A DNA stretch of 64,000 nt, from contig OZ296656.1 in the NCBI GenBank assembly GCA_965655095.1, forward strand, positions 39,866,001-39,930,000. Direction: 5' to 3'. The first letter of the stretch is position 1, and the number at the start of each line of letters is the position of its first letter. The translations under genes and the position numbers were made by a program. Source of the DNA: Haplodiscus bocki. Lineage: Eukaryota. This document shows positions 26,829 through 40,579 of this stretch, piece by piece. The notes below the pieces were generated by a model. It did not search any database and was not told the origin of the DNA. It worked only from the letters and a program-made list of their open reading frames with translations.

Positions 26829-29800
26829 GATGAGCCCATGGATATCTCCGCTGCGAAAGACTGCACGGTAAAACACGCCCCCAAAAAGGACCAGAAAAAA
26901 ATCCCCCCGCAAAAAAACCCACGGTAAAACCACTTGCGAAAAAGTGCCCGAAAAAAACCCCTACGGAAGAGAGCAGATAAAGTAATCCTGCGAAAGAGCG
27001 CAGGAAAAAAAACCCTCGCAAAACAGTCGCGGAAAAAGCTCAGCGATAAAACGCACAGAAAGAGGCACTGCTAATTAGCGTTCGGAAATAGCCCCCACGA
27101 AGGAGCTTATGGATATCTCCCTTGCAGAAAAGTGCAGGATAAAAGCTCCACATGAGAGAGTGTACCGAAAAAGCCCCCGCGATGGAGCCCATAGAAATCT
27201 TCCCAGCAAAAAAGCGCACGGAGAATGCCCCAGAAAAAGTTGCACTAAAAATTTTCCGGTGACAGAGGGCACTGAAAACGACCCTCTGAAAAATTATTGG
27301 AAACCGTCCATGCGAAGGAGAGCACAAGAGATGCCCCTGCGAAAAGCCCGCGGGAAAATCCCTGCGAGGGAGAGTGCGGAAGAACCTTTCTGAAAGCGGT
27401 CGTGAAAAAAAACCCTTCAAAAAAGCACGGTGCAAAAACTTCTGCGAAAGAGCGTGCCGAAGAAGCCACTTCGAAGAAGCGCACAGAAAAAGTTCCTGGC
27501 TATAAACCGATCGATATCGCCACTGCGAAAAAGTGCCAGGGAAAACAGCCCCACGAAAGAGGGCATGCTAAAAGCTGCGCGAAAATGTCCACGGGAAAAG
27601 CACATACAAAAAAAGAGCACGAAAAAATACCCTACCAAACAGTGCAGGTAAAAATTTCCTGCAGAGAATCGCACAGACGAAACCCTTGCCAATGAGCGCA
27701 CAAAAAAGCCCCCGCAAATGCTCCCTTTGAAGTCTTCCCTGCAAAAATTGCAAGGAGATAGACCGGGAAAAAATTGAACGAAAAATCCACCCCCAAGAGA
27801 GAGCACTGTAAACGACCCAGCGAAAGCGTCCATGGAAACCGTCCATGCGGAAGTTTGCACGGAAGATGCACCGGGGAAAAGCCCATGGGGAAAGCCCTGC
27901 AAAAGAAGTTCAAGCGAGATATCCCAGTGAAGGAGCCCACGGGAAAAACCATGCGAAAGAGCGTACGGGAATAGTCGCGCGATTGAGGGCACACAAAAAC
28001 TTGTGCAGCAAAACACACGGAAAAAACCTTTGCAAAAGGACGCACGGAAAGAACCCCTGCGGAAGAGTGCATGCAAAAAACCCAAAAAAGCACTGCAAAG
28101 AATCGCACGGAAGAAGTTCACGGGGATGGGCCCACGGACATCTTCGGTGCGAAAGACTGCACGGTAAAACACGCCCCCAAGAAGAGCAGAAAAAAATCCC
28201 ACCGCAAAAAGCCCACGGTAAAACCACTTGCTAAAAAGTGCACGAAAAAAACCCCTACGGAAGAGAGCAGATAAAATGTTCCTGCGAAAGAGCGCAGGAA
28301 AAAACCCTCGCAAAAAAAGTCTCGGAAAAAAACTCAGCGATAAAGGGCACGGAAAGAGGTACTGCTAATTAGCGTTCGGAAATAGCCCCCACGAAAGAGC
28401 TTATGGATATCTTCCTTGCAAAAAAGTGCAGGATAAAAGCTCCACATGAGAGAGTGTACCGAAAAAGCCCCCGAGATGGAGCCATAGAAATCTTCCCAGC
28501 AAAAATGCGCACGGAGAAAGCCCCGGAAAAAGTTGCACTAAAAAATCTCCGGTGACAGAGGGCACTGAAAACGACCCTCTGAAAAATTATTGGCCGTCCA
28601 TGCGAAGGAGTGCACAAGAGATGCCCCTGCGAAAAGCCCACGGGAAAATCCCTGCGAGGGAGAGTGCGGAAGAAGCTTTCTGAAAGCGGTCGTGAAAAAA
28701 ACCCCTGCAAAAACGCATGCTTCAAAAACTTCTGCGAAAGAGCGTGTAGAAAAAGCCACTGCGAAGAAGCGCACAGAAAAATCTCCTGGGTATGAGCTGA
28801 TCGATATCTCCACTGCGAAAGAGTGCCAGGGAAAACAGCCCCACGAAAGAGGGCATGCTAAAAGCTGAGCGAAAAAGTCCACGGGAAAAGCACATACAAA
28901 AAAAGAGCACGAAAAAATACCCTACCAAACAGTGCAGGTAAAAATTTCCTGCAGAGAATCGCACAGACGAAACCCTTGCCAATGAGCGCACAAAAAAGCC
29001 CCCGCAAATGCTCCCTTTGAAGTCTTCCCTGCAAAAATTGCAAGGAGATAGACCGGGAAAAAATTGAACGAAAAATCCACCCCCAAGAGAGAGCACTGTA
29101 AACGACCCAGCGAAAGCGTCCATGGAAACCGTCCATGCGGAAGTTTGCAAGGAAGATGCACCGGGGAAAAGCCCATGGGGAAAGCCCTGCAAAAGAAGTT
29201 CAAGCGAGATATCCCAGTGAAGGAGCCCACGGGAAAAACCATGCGAAAGAGCGTACGAGAATAGTCGCGCGATTGAGGGCACACAAAAACTTGTGCAGCA
29301 AAACACACGGAAAAAACCTTTGCAAAAGGACGCACGGAAAGAACCCCTGCGAAAGAGTGAATGCAAAAAACCCAAAAAAGCACTGCAAAGAATCGCACGG
29401 AAGAAGCTCACGGGGATGAGCCCACGGACATCTTCGGTGCGAAAGACTGCACGGTAAAACACGCCCCCAAGAAGAGCAGAAAAAAAGCCCCCCGCAGAAA
29501 AAACCCACGGTAAAACCACTTGCGAAAAGGTGCACAAAAAAACCCCTACGGAAGAGAGCAGATAAAATGTTCCTGCGAAAGAGCGCAGGAACAAAAACCC
29601 TCGCATAAAAGTCTCGGAAAAAACTCAGCGATAAAGCGCACGGAAAAAGGCACTGCTAATTAGCGTTCGGAAATAGCCCCCACGAAGGAGCTTATGGATA
29701 CCTCCCTTGCAAAAAAGTGCAGGATAAAAGCTCCACATAAGAGAGTGTACCAAAAAAGCCCCCGCGATGGAGCCATAGAAATCTTCCCAGCAAAAAAGCG

Positions 29801-32800
29801 CACGGAGAGAGCCCCGGAAAAAGTTGCACTAAAAATCTCCGGTGACAGAGGGCACTGAAAACGACCCTCTGAGAAATTATTGGAAACCTTCCATGCGAAA
29901 GAGTGCACAAGAGATGCCCCTGCGAAAAGCCCACGCGAAAATCCCTGCCAGGGAGAGTGCGGAAGAAGCTTTCTGAAAGCGGTCGTGAAAAAAACCCCTG
30001 CAAAAAAGCACGGTGCAAAAACTTCTGCGAAAGAGCGTGCCGAAAAAACCACTGCGAAGAAGCGCACAGAAAAAGTTCCTGGGTATGAACCGATTGATAA
30101 CTCCACTGCGAAAGAGTGCCAGCGAAAACAGCCCCAGGAAAGAGAGCACGGTAAAAGCTGCCAGAAAAAGTCCACGGGAAAAGCACATACAAAAAAGAGC
30201 ACGAAAAAAGACCCTACCAAACAGTGCAGGTAAAAAATTCCTGCAGAGAATCGCACAGACGAAACCCTTGAGAAAGAGTGCACAAAAAGCCCCCGCAAAT
30301 GCTCTCATTGAAGTCTTCCCTGCAAAAAATTGCACGGAGATAGACCCGGAAAAAATTGAACCAAAAAACCACCCCCGAGAGAGAGCACTGTAGGCGACCC
30401 AGCGAAAGAGTCCATGGAAACCGTCCATGCGGAAGTTTGCACGGAAGATGCACCGGGGAAAAGCCCATGGGGAAAGCCCTGCAAAAGAAGTTCAAGCGAG
30501 ATATCCCAGTGAAGGAGCCCACGGGAAAAACCATGCGAAAGAGCGTACGGGAATAGTCGCGCGATTGAGGGCACACAAAAACTTGTGCAGCAAAACACAC
30601 GGAAAAAACCTTTGCAAAAGGACGCACGGAAAGAACCCCTGCGGAAGAGTGCATGCAAAAAACCCAAAAAAGCACTGCAAAGAATCGCACGGAAGAAGTT
30701 CACGGGGATGGGCCCACGGACATCTTCGGTGCGAAAGACTGCACGGTAAAACACGCCCCCAAGAAGAGCAGAAAAAAATCCCACCGCAAAAAGCCCACGG
30801 TAAAACCACTTGCTAAAAAGTGCACGAAAAAAACCCCTACGGAAGAGAGCAGATAAAATGTTCCTGCGAAAGAGCGCAGGAAAAAAACCCTCGCAAAAAA
30901 AGTCTCGGAAAAAAACTCAGCGATAAAGGGCACGGAAAGAGGTACTGCTAATTAGCGTTCGGAAATAGCCCCCACGAAAGAGCTTATGGATATCTTCCTT
31001 GCAAAAAAGTGCAGGATAAAAGCTCCACATGAGAGAGTGTACCGAAAAAGCCCCCGAGATGGAGCCATAGAAATCTTCCCAGCAAAAATGCGCACGGAGA
31101 AAGCCCCGGAAAAAGTTGCACTAAAAAATCTCCGGTGACAGAGGGCACTGAAAACGACCCTCTGAAAAATTATTGGCCGTCCATGCGAAGGAGTGCACAA
31201 GAGATGCCCCTGCGAAAAGCCCACGGGAAAATCCCTGCGAGGGAGAGTGCGGAAGAAGCTTTCTGAAAGCGGTCGTGAAAAAAACCCCTGCAAAAACGCA
31301 TGCTTCAAAAACTTCTGCGAAAGAGCGTGTAGAAAAAGCCACTGCGAAGAAGCGCACAGAAAAATCTCCTGGGTATGAGCTGATCGATATCTCCACTGCG
31401 AAAGAGTGCCAGGGAAAACAGCCCCACGAAAGAGGGCATGCTAAAAGCTGAGCGAAAAAGTCCACGGGAAAAGCACATACAAAAAAAGAGCACGAAAAAA
31501 TACCCTACCAAACAGTGCAGGTAAAAATTTCCTGCAGAGAATCGCACAGACGAAACCCTTGCCAATGAGCGCACAAAAAAGCCCCCGCAAATGCTCCCTT
31601 TGAAGTCTTCCCTGCAAAAATTGCAAGGAGATAGACCGGGAAAAAATTGAACGAAAAATCCACCCCCAAGAGAGAGCACTGTAAACGACCCAGCGAAAGC
31701 GTCCATGGAAACCGTCCATGCGGAAGTTTGCAAGGAAGATGCACCGGGGAAAAGCCCATGGGGAAAGCCCTGCAAAAGAAGTTCAAGCGAGATATCCCAG
31801 TGAAGGAGCCCACGGGAAAAACCATGCGAAAGAGCGTACGAGAATAGTCGCGCGATTGAGGGCACACAAAAACTTGTGCAGCAAAACACACGGAAAAAAC
31901 CTTTGCAAAAGGACGCACGGAAAGAACCCCTGCGAAAGAGTGAATGCAAAAAACCCAAAAAAGCACTGCAAAGAATCGCACGGAAGAAGCTCACGGGGAT
32001 GAGCCCACGGACATCTTCGGTGCGAAAGACTGCACGGTAAAACACGCCCCCAAGAAGAGCAGAAAAAAAGCCCCCCGCAGAAAAAACCCACGGTAAAACC
32101 ACTTGCGAAAAGGTGCACAAAAAAACCCCTACGGAAGAGAGCAGATAAAATGTTCCTGCGAAAGAGCGCAGGAACAAAAACCCTCGCATAAAAGTCTCGG
32201 AAAAAACTCAGCGATAAAGCGCACGGAAAAAGGCACTGCTAATTAGCGTTCGGAAATAGCCCCCACGAAGGAGCTTATGGATACCTCCCTTGCAAAAAAG
32301 TGCAGGATAAAAGCTCCACATAAGAGAGTGTACCAAAAAAGCCCCCGCGATGGAGCCATAGAAATCTTCCTAGCAAAAAAGCGCACGGAGAGAGCCCCGG
32401 AAAAAGTTGCACTAAAAATCTCCGGTGACAGAGGGCACTGAAAACGACCCTCTGAGAAATTATTGGAAACCTTCCATGCGAAAGAGTGCACAAGAGATGC
32501 CCCTGCGAAAAGCCCACGCGAAAATCCCTGCGAGGGAGAGTGCGGAAGAAGCTTTCTGAAAGCGGTCGTGAAAAAAACCCCTGCAAAAAAGCACGGTGCA
32601 AAAACTTCTGCGAAAGAGCGTGCCGAAAAAACCACTGCGAAGAAGCGCACAGAAAAAGTTCCTGGGTATGAACCGATTGATAACTCCACTGCGAAAGAGT
32701 GCCAGCGAAAACAGCCCCAGGAAAGAGAGCACGGTAAAAGCTGCCAGAAAAAGTCCACGGGAAAAGCACATACAAAAAAGAGCACGAAAAAAGACCCTAC

Positions 32801-35800
32801 CAAACAGTGCAGGTAAAAAATTCCTGCAGAGAATCGCACAGACGAAACCCTTGAGAAAGAGTGCACAAAAAGCCCCCGCAAATGCTCTCATTGAAGTCTT
32901 CCCTGCAAAAAATTGCACGGAGATAGACCCGGAAAAAATTGAACCAAAAAACCACCCCCGAGAGAGAGCACTGTAGGCGACCCAGCGAAAGAGTCCATGG
33001 AAACCGTCCATGCGGAAGTTTGCACGGAAGATGCACCGGGGAAAAACCATGGGGAAAGCCCTGCAAAAGAAGTTCAAGCAAGATATGCCAGTGAGGGAGC
33101 CCACGGGAAAAGCCATGCGAAAGAGCGTACGGGAATAGTCGCGCGATTGAGGGCACACAAAAACTTGTGCAGCAAAACACACGGAAAAAACCTTTGCAAA
33201 AGGACGCACGGAAAGAACCCCTGCGAAAGAGTGAATGCAAAAAACCCAAAAAAGCACTGCAAAGAATCGCACGGAAGAAGCTCACGGGGATGAGCCCACG
33301 GACATCTTCGGTGCGAAAGACTGCACGGTAAAACACGCCCCCAAGAAGAGCAGAAAAAAAGCCCCCCGCAGAAAAAGCCCACGGTAAAACCACTTGCGAA
33401 AAGGTGCACAAAAAAACCCCTACGGAAGAGAGCAGATAAAATGTTCCTGCGAAAGAGCGCAGGAACAAAAACCCTCGCATAAAAGTCTCGGAAAAAACTC
33501 AGCGATAAAGCGCACGGAAAAAGGCACTGCTAATTAGCGTTCGGAAATAGCCCCCACGAAGGAGCTTATGGATACCTCCCTTGCAAAAAAGTGCAGGATA
33601 AAAGCTCCACATAAGAGAGTGTACCAAAAAAGCCCCCGCGATGGAGCCATAGAAATCTTCCTAGCAAAAAAGCGCACGGAGAGAGCCCCGGAAAAAGTTG
33701 CACTAAAAATCTCCGGTGACAGAGGGCACTGAAAACGACCCTCTGAGAAATTATTGGAAACCTTCCATGCGAAAGAGTGCACAAGAGATGCCCCTGCGAA
33801 AAGCCCACGCGAAAATCCCTGCGAGGGAGAGTGCGGAAGAAGCTTTCTGAAAGCGGTCGTGAAAAAAACCCCTGCAAAAAAGCACGGTGCAAAAACTTCT
33901 GCGAAAGAGCGTGCCGAAAAAACCACTGCGAAGAAGCGCACAGAAAAAGTTCCTGGGTATGAACCGATTGATAACTCCACTGCGAAAGAGTGCCAGCGAA
34001 AACAGCCCCAGGAAAGAGAGCACGGTAAAAGCTGCCAGAAAAAGTCCACGGGAAAAGCACATACAAAAAAGAGCACGAAAAAAGACCCTACCAAACAGTG
34101 CAGGTAAAAAATTCCTGCAGAGAATCGCACAGACGAAACCCTTGAGAAAGAGTGCACAAAAAGCCCCCGCAAATGCTCTCATTGAAGTCTTCCCTGCAAA
34201 AAATTGCACGGAGATAGACCCGGAAAAAATTGAACCAAAAAACCACCCCCGAGAGAGAGCACTGTAGGCGACCCAGCGAAAGAGTCCATGGAAACCGTCC
34301 ATGCGGAAGTTTGCACGGAAGATGCACCGGGGAAAAACCATGGGGAAAGCCCTGCAAAAGAAGTTCAAGCAAGATATGCCAGTGAGGGAGCCCACGGGAA
34401 AAGCCATGCGAAAGAGCGTACGGGAATAGTCGCGCGATTGAGGGCACACAAAAACTTGTGCAGCAAAACACACGGAAAAAACCTTTGCAAAAGGACGCAC
34501 GGAAAGAACCCCTGCGAAAGAGTGAATGCAAAAAACCCAAAAAAGCACTGCAAAGAATCGCACGGAAGAAGCTCACGGGGATGAGCCCACGGACATCTTC
34601 GGTGCGAAAGACTGCACGGTAAAACACGCCCCCAAGAAGAGCAGAAAAAAAGCCCCCCGCAGAAAAAACCCACGGTAAAACCACTTGCGAAAAGGTGCAC
34701 AAAAAAACCCCTACGGAAGAGAGCAGATAAAATGTTCCTGCGAAAGAGCGCAGGAACAAAAACCCTCGCATAAAAGTCTCGGAAAAAACTCAGCGATAAA
34801 GCGCACGGAAAAAGGCACTGCTAATTAGCGTTCGGAAATAGCCCCCACGAAGGAGCTTATGGATACCTCCCTTGCAAAAAAGTGCAGGATAAAAGCTCCA
34901 CATAAGAGAGTGTACCAAAAAAGCCCCCGCGATGGAGCCATAGAAATCTTCCTAGCAAAAAAGCGCACGGAGAGAGCCCCGGAAAAAGTTGCACTAAAAA
35001 TCTCCGGTGACAGAGGGCACTGAAAACGACCCTCTGAGAAATTATTGGAAACCTTCCATGCGAAAGAGTGCACAAGAGATGCCCCTGCGAAAAGCCCACG
35101 CGAAAATCCCTGCGAGGGAGAGTGCGGAAGAAGCTTTCTGAAAGCGGTCGTGAAAAAAACCCCTGCAAAAAAGCACGGTGCAAAAACTTCTGCGAAAGAG
35201 CGTGCCGAAAAAACCACTGCGAAGAAGCGCACAGAAAAAGTTCCTGGGTATGAACCGATTGATAACTCCACTGCGAAAGAGTGCCAGCGAAAACAGCCCC
35301 AGGAAAGAGAGCACGGTAAAAGCTGCCAGAAAAAGTCCACGGGAAAAGCACATACAAAAAAGAGCACGAAAAAAGACCCTACCAAACAGTGCAGGTAAAA
35401 AATTCCTGCAGAGAATCGCACAGACGAAACCCTTGAGAAAGAGTGCACAAAAAGCCCCCGCAAATGCTCTCATTGAAGTCTTCCCTGCAAAAAATTGCAC
35501 GGAGATAGACCCGGAAAAAATTGAACCAAAAAACCACCCCCGAGAGAGAGCACTGTAGGCGACCCAGCGAAAGAGTCCATGGAAACCGTCCATGCGGAAG
35601 TTTGCACGGAAGATGCACCGGGGAAAAACCATGGGGAAAGCCCTGCAAAAGAAGTTCAAGCAAGATATGCCAGTGAGGGAGCCCACGGGAAAAGCCATGC
35701 GAAAGAGCGTACGGGAATAGTCGCGCGATTGAGGGCACACAAAAACTTGTGCAGCAAAACACACGGAAAAAACCCTTGCAAAAGGACGCACGGGAAAAAG

Positions 35801-35871
35801 CCCCTGCGAAAGAGTGCATGCAAAAAACACAAAAAACCACTGCAAAGAAGCGCACGGAAAAAGCTCACGGG
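26829..35871 (+). repeat. ~1291-bp HOR (module PB), 7 copies, including a 2583-bp dimeric duplication
   Basis: Hubs at 26829, 28125, 29415, 30707, 31998, 33289, 34580 and 35872. ORF offsets are 2583 (28369/30952, 29660/32243) and 1291 (32243/33534/34825). Confidence 0.93.
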
Positions 35872-38800
35872 GATGAGCCCCTGGACATCTCCGATGCGAA
35901 AGACTGCACGGTAAAACACTCCCTCGAAAAAGGAAAGAAAGCCCCCGCAAAAAAACCCACGGAAAAAGCACTTGCAAAAAAGTGCACCAAAAAATCCTCT
36001 GCAGAAGAGAGACCATCAAAAGGTTCCTGCAAAAGAGCGGGCGGAAGAATCCCTCGTAACAAAACGCTCCTATAAAGCTTAGCGCAAAAACGCAGGAAAA
36101 AAAGCACTGCGAAAAAGCGTTGGGAAATAGTCCCCACGAAGGAGCTTATGGAACTCTCCCTTGAAAAAAAGTGCAAAGTGAAAGGGCCCCGTGAGACAAC
36201 CTACTGAAAAGGCCACCGCGATGGAGCCCATTGAACTCTTCCCTGACAACAAATGCACGGAGGAAGCCCCGGAAGAAAAGTGCACCAAAAGGTCTCCGAC
36301 GAGAGAGCGCACTGAGAACGACCCTGCGAAAAAGTAGATTGAAACCGTCCATGCGAAAGAATGCACGGTAGACTTCCCTGGGAAAATGCCCAAAGGAAAG
36401 ATCGTGCTAAAGAGCGCACACAGAATGGTTCTGTGGGAAACTGCACTGAAGCAACCCTAAAAAAACGCACTGAAAAAACCACTCCGAAAGAGCGCACGTA
36501 ATTGGCCTCTGCAAAGAAACGCACGCCAAGAGTTCACGGGGATGAGACCATGGATATATCCGCTGCGAAAGAGTACACCGGAAAACAGCGCCAGGAATTA
36601 TAGCACGGAAATAGGCGCCACTAAAAAACCCGTGTAAATTGTCGATGCCTAGGAAATCACGGAAGATGTCTCCGAGAAAAGTTGCACTGTAAAAGCTTTG
36701 CAAAAGAGGATGCCGAGGAAGCTTCGCAAAAAAAGGCGCGGAAAGAACGCCCTGCACAATGGCACACGGCAAAAAAGCCCGGCGATAGAGCCCACTGAAA
36801 AAGCCACTGCCAAGAGGCACACGGACAATGCACCGCGAAAGCGTCCATGGAAGTCATCCATGGTAACGAGTGCACAGATTATGCCCCCGGGGAAGGCCCT
36901 GTGAAAAAACGTACCGAAAAAACGTCACAAAAAAGCCCACGGAAAAATCACCTGGAAAAAAAGTCACAAAAAAGAGCGAGCCCATGCGAAAGGGCTCACG
37001 GAAAAGCCTATGCGGAAAAACGCAGGGAAAATGTCCCGGCAGAAAAGCGCACGGAAGAAGCGCAAGCGAAAGAGCGCACGCAGAAAATCACTGCAAAGCA
37101 GCGTACGGAAAATCAAGCGCTGCTGAACCCATGGAAATCTATGCTGCAAGAGTGTGCGCGGGATAAAAGCCCTGAGAAGGAGAGCACGGAGAAAGGGGTG
37201 CGAACTATCCAATGGTAATCTCCCCTGCCAAAGAGAGCACGGAAAAAACCACTGCAAGGAAGCGCAGGGAAAAAGCTCACGGGGATGAGCCCATGGATAT
37301 CTCCGCTGCGAAAGACTGCACGGTAAAACACGCCCCCAAGAAGAGCAGAAAAAAATCCCCCCCAAAAAATCCCACGGTAAAACCACTTGCGAAAAAGTGC
37401 ACGAAAAAAACCCCTACGGAAGAGAGCAGATAAAATGTTCCTGCGAAGGAGCACAGGAAAAAAACCCTCGCAAAAAAGTCTCAGACAAAACTCAGCGATA
37501 AAGCGCACGGAAAGAGGCACTGCTAATTATCGTTCGGAAATAGCCCCCACGAAGGAGCTTATGGATATCTCCCTTGCAAAAAAGTGCAGGATAAAAGCTC
37601 CACATGAGAGAGTGTACCGAAAAAGCCCCCGCGGTGGAGGCCATAGAAGTCTTCCCGGCAAAAATGCGCACGGAGAAAGCCCCGGAAAAAGTTGCACTAA
37701 AAATCTCCGGTGACAGAGGGCACTGAAAATGACCCTTTGAAAAATTATTGGAAACCGTCCATGCGAAAGTGTGCACAATAGATGGCCCTGCCAAAAGCCC
37801 ACGGGAAAATCCCTGCGAGGGAGAGTGCGGAAGAAGCTTTCTGAAAGCGGTCGTGAAAAAAACCCCTGGAAAAAAGCACGGTGCAAAAACTTCTGCGAAA
37901 GAGCGTGCCAAAAAAACCACTGCGAAGAAGCGCACAGAAAAATTCCTGGGTATGAACCGATCGATAACTCCACTGCGATAGAGTGCCAGGGAAAACAGCC
38001 CCAGGAAAGAGAGCACAGTAAAAGCTGCAAGAAAAAGTCCACGGGAAAAGCACATACAAAAAAGAGCACGAAAAAAGGCCCTACCAAACAGTGCAGGTAA
38101 AAAGTTCCTGCAGAGAATGGCACAGACGAAACCCTTGCGAAAGAGCGCACAAAAAAGCCCCCGCAAATGCTCCCATTGAAGTCTCCCCTGCAAAAAATTG
38201 CACGGAGATAGACCCGGAAAAAATTGAACCAAAAAACCAACCCCGAGAGAGAGAACTGTAAACGACCCCGCGAAAGAGTCCATGGAAACCGTCCATGCGG
38301 AAGTTTGCACGGAAGATGCACCGGGGAAAAAACCATGGGGAAAGCCCTGCAAAAGAAGTTCAAGCAAGATATGCCAGTGAGGGAGCCCACGGGAAAAGCC
38401 ATGCGAAAGAGCGTACGGGAATAGTCGCGCGATTGAGGGCACACAAAAACGTGTGCAGCAAAACACACGGAAAAAACCCTTGCAAAAGGACGCACGGAAA
38501 AAGCCCCTGCGAAAGAGTGCATGCAAAAAACCAAAAAAACCACTGCAAAGAAGCGCACGGAAAAAGCTCACGGGGATGCGCCCCTGGACATCTCCGCTGC
38601 GAAAGACTGCACGGTAAAATACTCCCTCGAAAAAGGAAAGAATGCCCCCGCAAAAAAACCCACGGAAAAATCACTTGCGAAAAAGTGCACGAAAAATTCC
38701 TCTGCAAAAGAGAGCAGACACAAGGTTCCTGCGAAAGAGCGGGCCGAAGAATCCCTCGTAACGGGGCGCTCCTAAAAAGCTCAGAGCAAAAACGCAGGAA

Positions 38801-40579
38801 AAAAAGCACTGCGAAAAATCGTTGGGAAATAGTCCCAAGAAGGAGCTTATGGAACTTTCCCTTGAAAAAAGGTGCAAGGTAAAAAGGCCCCGTGAGAGAA
38901 GCTACCGAAAAAGCCACCGCGACGGAGCGCATTGAACGCTTCCCCGACAAAAAATGCACGGAGGAAGCCCCGGAATAAAAGTGCACCAAAAAGTCTCCGA
39001 CGAGAGAACGCACTGAAAACGACCCTGTGAAAAAGTAGATTGAAACCGTCTTTGCGAAAGAATGCACGGTAGAAATCCATGGGAAAATGGCCAAAGTAAA
39101 GATCGTGCTAAAGAGCGCACACAGAATGGTTCTGTGGAAAAGTGCACGGAAACAACCCTAAAAAAACGCACTGAAAAAACCACTGCGAAAAAGCGCACTG
39201 AAATAGCCCCTGCAAAAAAACGCACGCGAAAAGTTCACGGGGTTGAACCCATGGATATCTCCGCTGTGAAAGACTGTACGGTAAAACACGCCCCCAAGAA
39301 GAGCAGAAAAAAATCCCCCCGCAAAAAAACCCACGGTAAACCCACTTGCGAAAAAGTGCACGAAAAAAACCCCTACGGAAGAGAGCAGATAAAATGTTCC
39401 TGCGAAGGAGCACAGGAAAAAAACCCTCGCAAAAAAGTCTCAGACAAAAATCAGCGATAAAGAGCACGGAAAGAGGCACTGCTAATTATCGTTCGGAAAT
39501 AGCCCCCACGAAGGAGCTTATGGATATCTCCCTTGCAAAAAAGTGCAGGATAAAATCTCCACATGAGAGAGTGTACCGAAAAAGCCCCAGCGATGGAGCT
39601 ATAGAAATTTTCCCAGCAAAAAAGCGCACGGAGAAAGCCCCGGAAAAAGTTGCACTAAAAAATCTCCGGTGACAGAGGGCACTGAAAACGACCCTCTGAA
39701 CAATTATTGGAAACCGGCCATGCGAAAGAGTGCACAAGAGATGCCCCTGCGAAAAGTCCACGGTAAAATCCCTGCGAGGGAGAGTGCGGAAGAAGCTTTC
39801 TGAAAGCGGTCGTGAAAAAAACCCCTGCAAAAACGCATGCTACAAAAACTTCTGCGAAAGACTGTGCCGAAAAAACCACTGCAAAGAAGCGCACGGAAGA
39901 AGCTCACGGGGATGAGCCCCTGGACATCTCCGCTGCGAAAGACTGCACGGTAAAACACTCCCTCGAAAAAGGAAAGAATGCCCCCGCAAAAAACCCCACG
40001 GAAAAAGCACTTGCGAAAAAGTGCAAGAAAAATTCCCCTGCAAAAGGGAGAAGATAAAAGGTTCCTGCGAAAGAGCGCGCGGAAGAATCCCTCGTAACAG
40101 AGCGCTCGAAAAAAGCTCAGCGCAAAAACGCAGGAAAAAAAGCACTGCGAAAAGGCGTTGGGAAATAGTCCCCACGAAGGAGCTTATGGAACTCTCCCTT
40201 GAAAGAAAGTGCAAAGTGAAAGGGCCCCGTGAGACAACCTACTGAAAAGGCCACCGCGATGGAGCCCATTGAACTCTTCCCTGACAAAAAATGCACGGAG
40301 GAAGCCCCGGAAAAGAAAGTGCACCAAAAGGTCTCCGACGAGAGAGCGCACTGAGAACGACCCTGCGAAAAAGTAGATTGAAACCGTCCATGCGAAAGAA
40401 TGCACGGTAGACTTCCCTGGGAAAATGCCCAAAGGAAAGATCGTGCTAAAGAGCGCACACAGAATGGTTCTGTGGGAAAGTGCACTGAAGCAAACCTAAA
40501 AAAAAGCACTGAAAAAACCACTCCGCAAGAGCGCACGTAAATGGCCTCTGCAAGAAAACGCACGCCAAGAGTTCACGGG
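35872..40579 (+). repeat. Non-periodic mosaic of modules Q, R, PB, Q, half-P, Q
   Basis: Hubs at 35872, 36541, 37284, 38575, 39242, 39911 and 40580, with spacings 669, 743, 1291, 667, 669 and 669. Confidence 0.8.

Noticed and set aside
28722-36019. Phe/Leu-rich minus-strand ORFs resembling membrane proteins
   Set aside because: The hydrophobicity comes from T-runs complementary to the A-tracts (TTT/TTC codons). There is no conserved frame.
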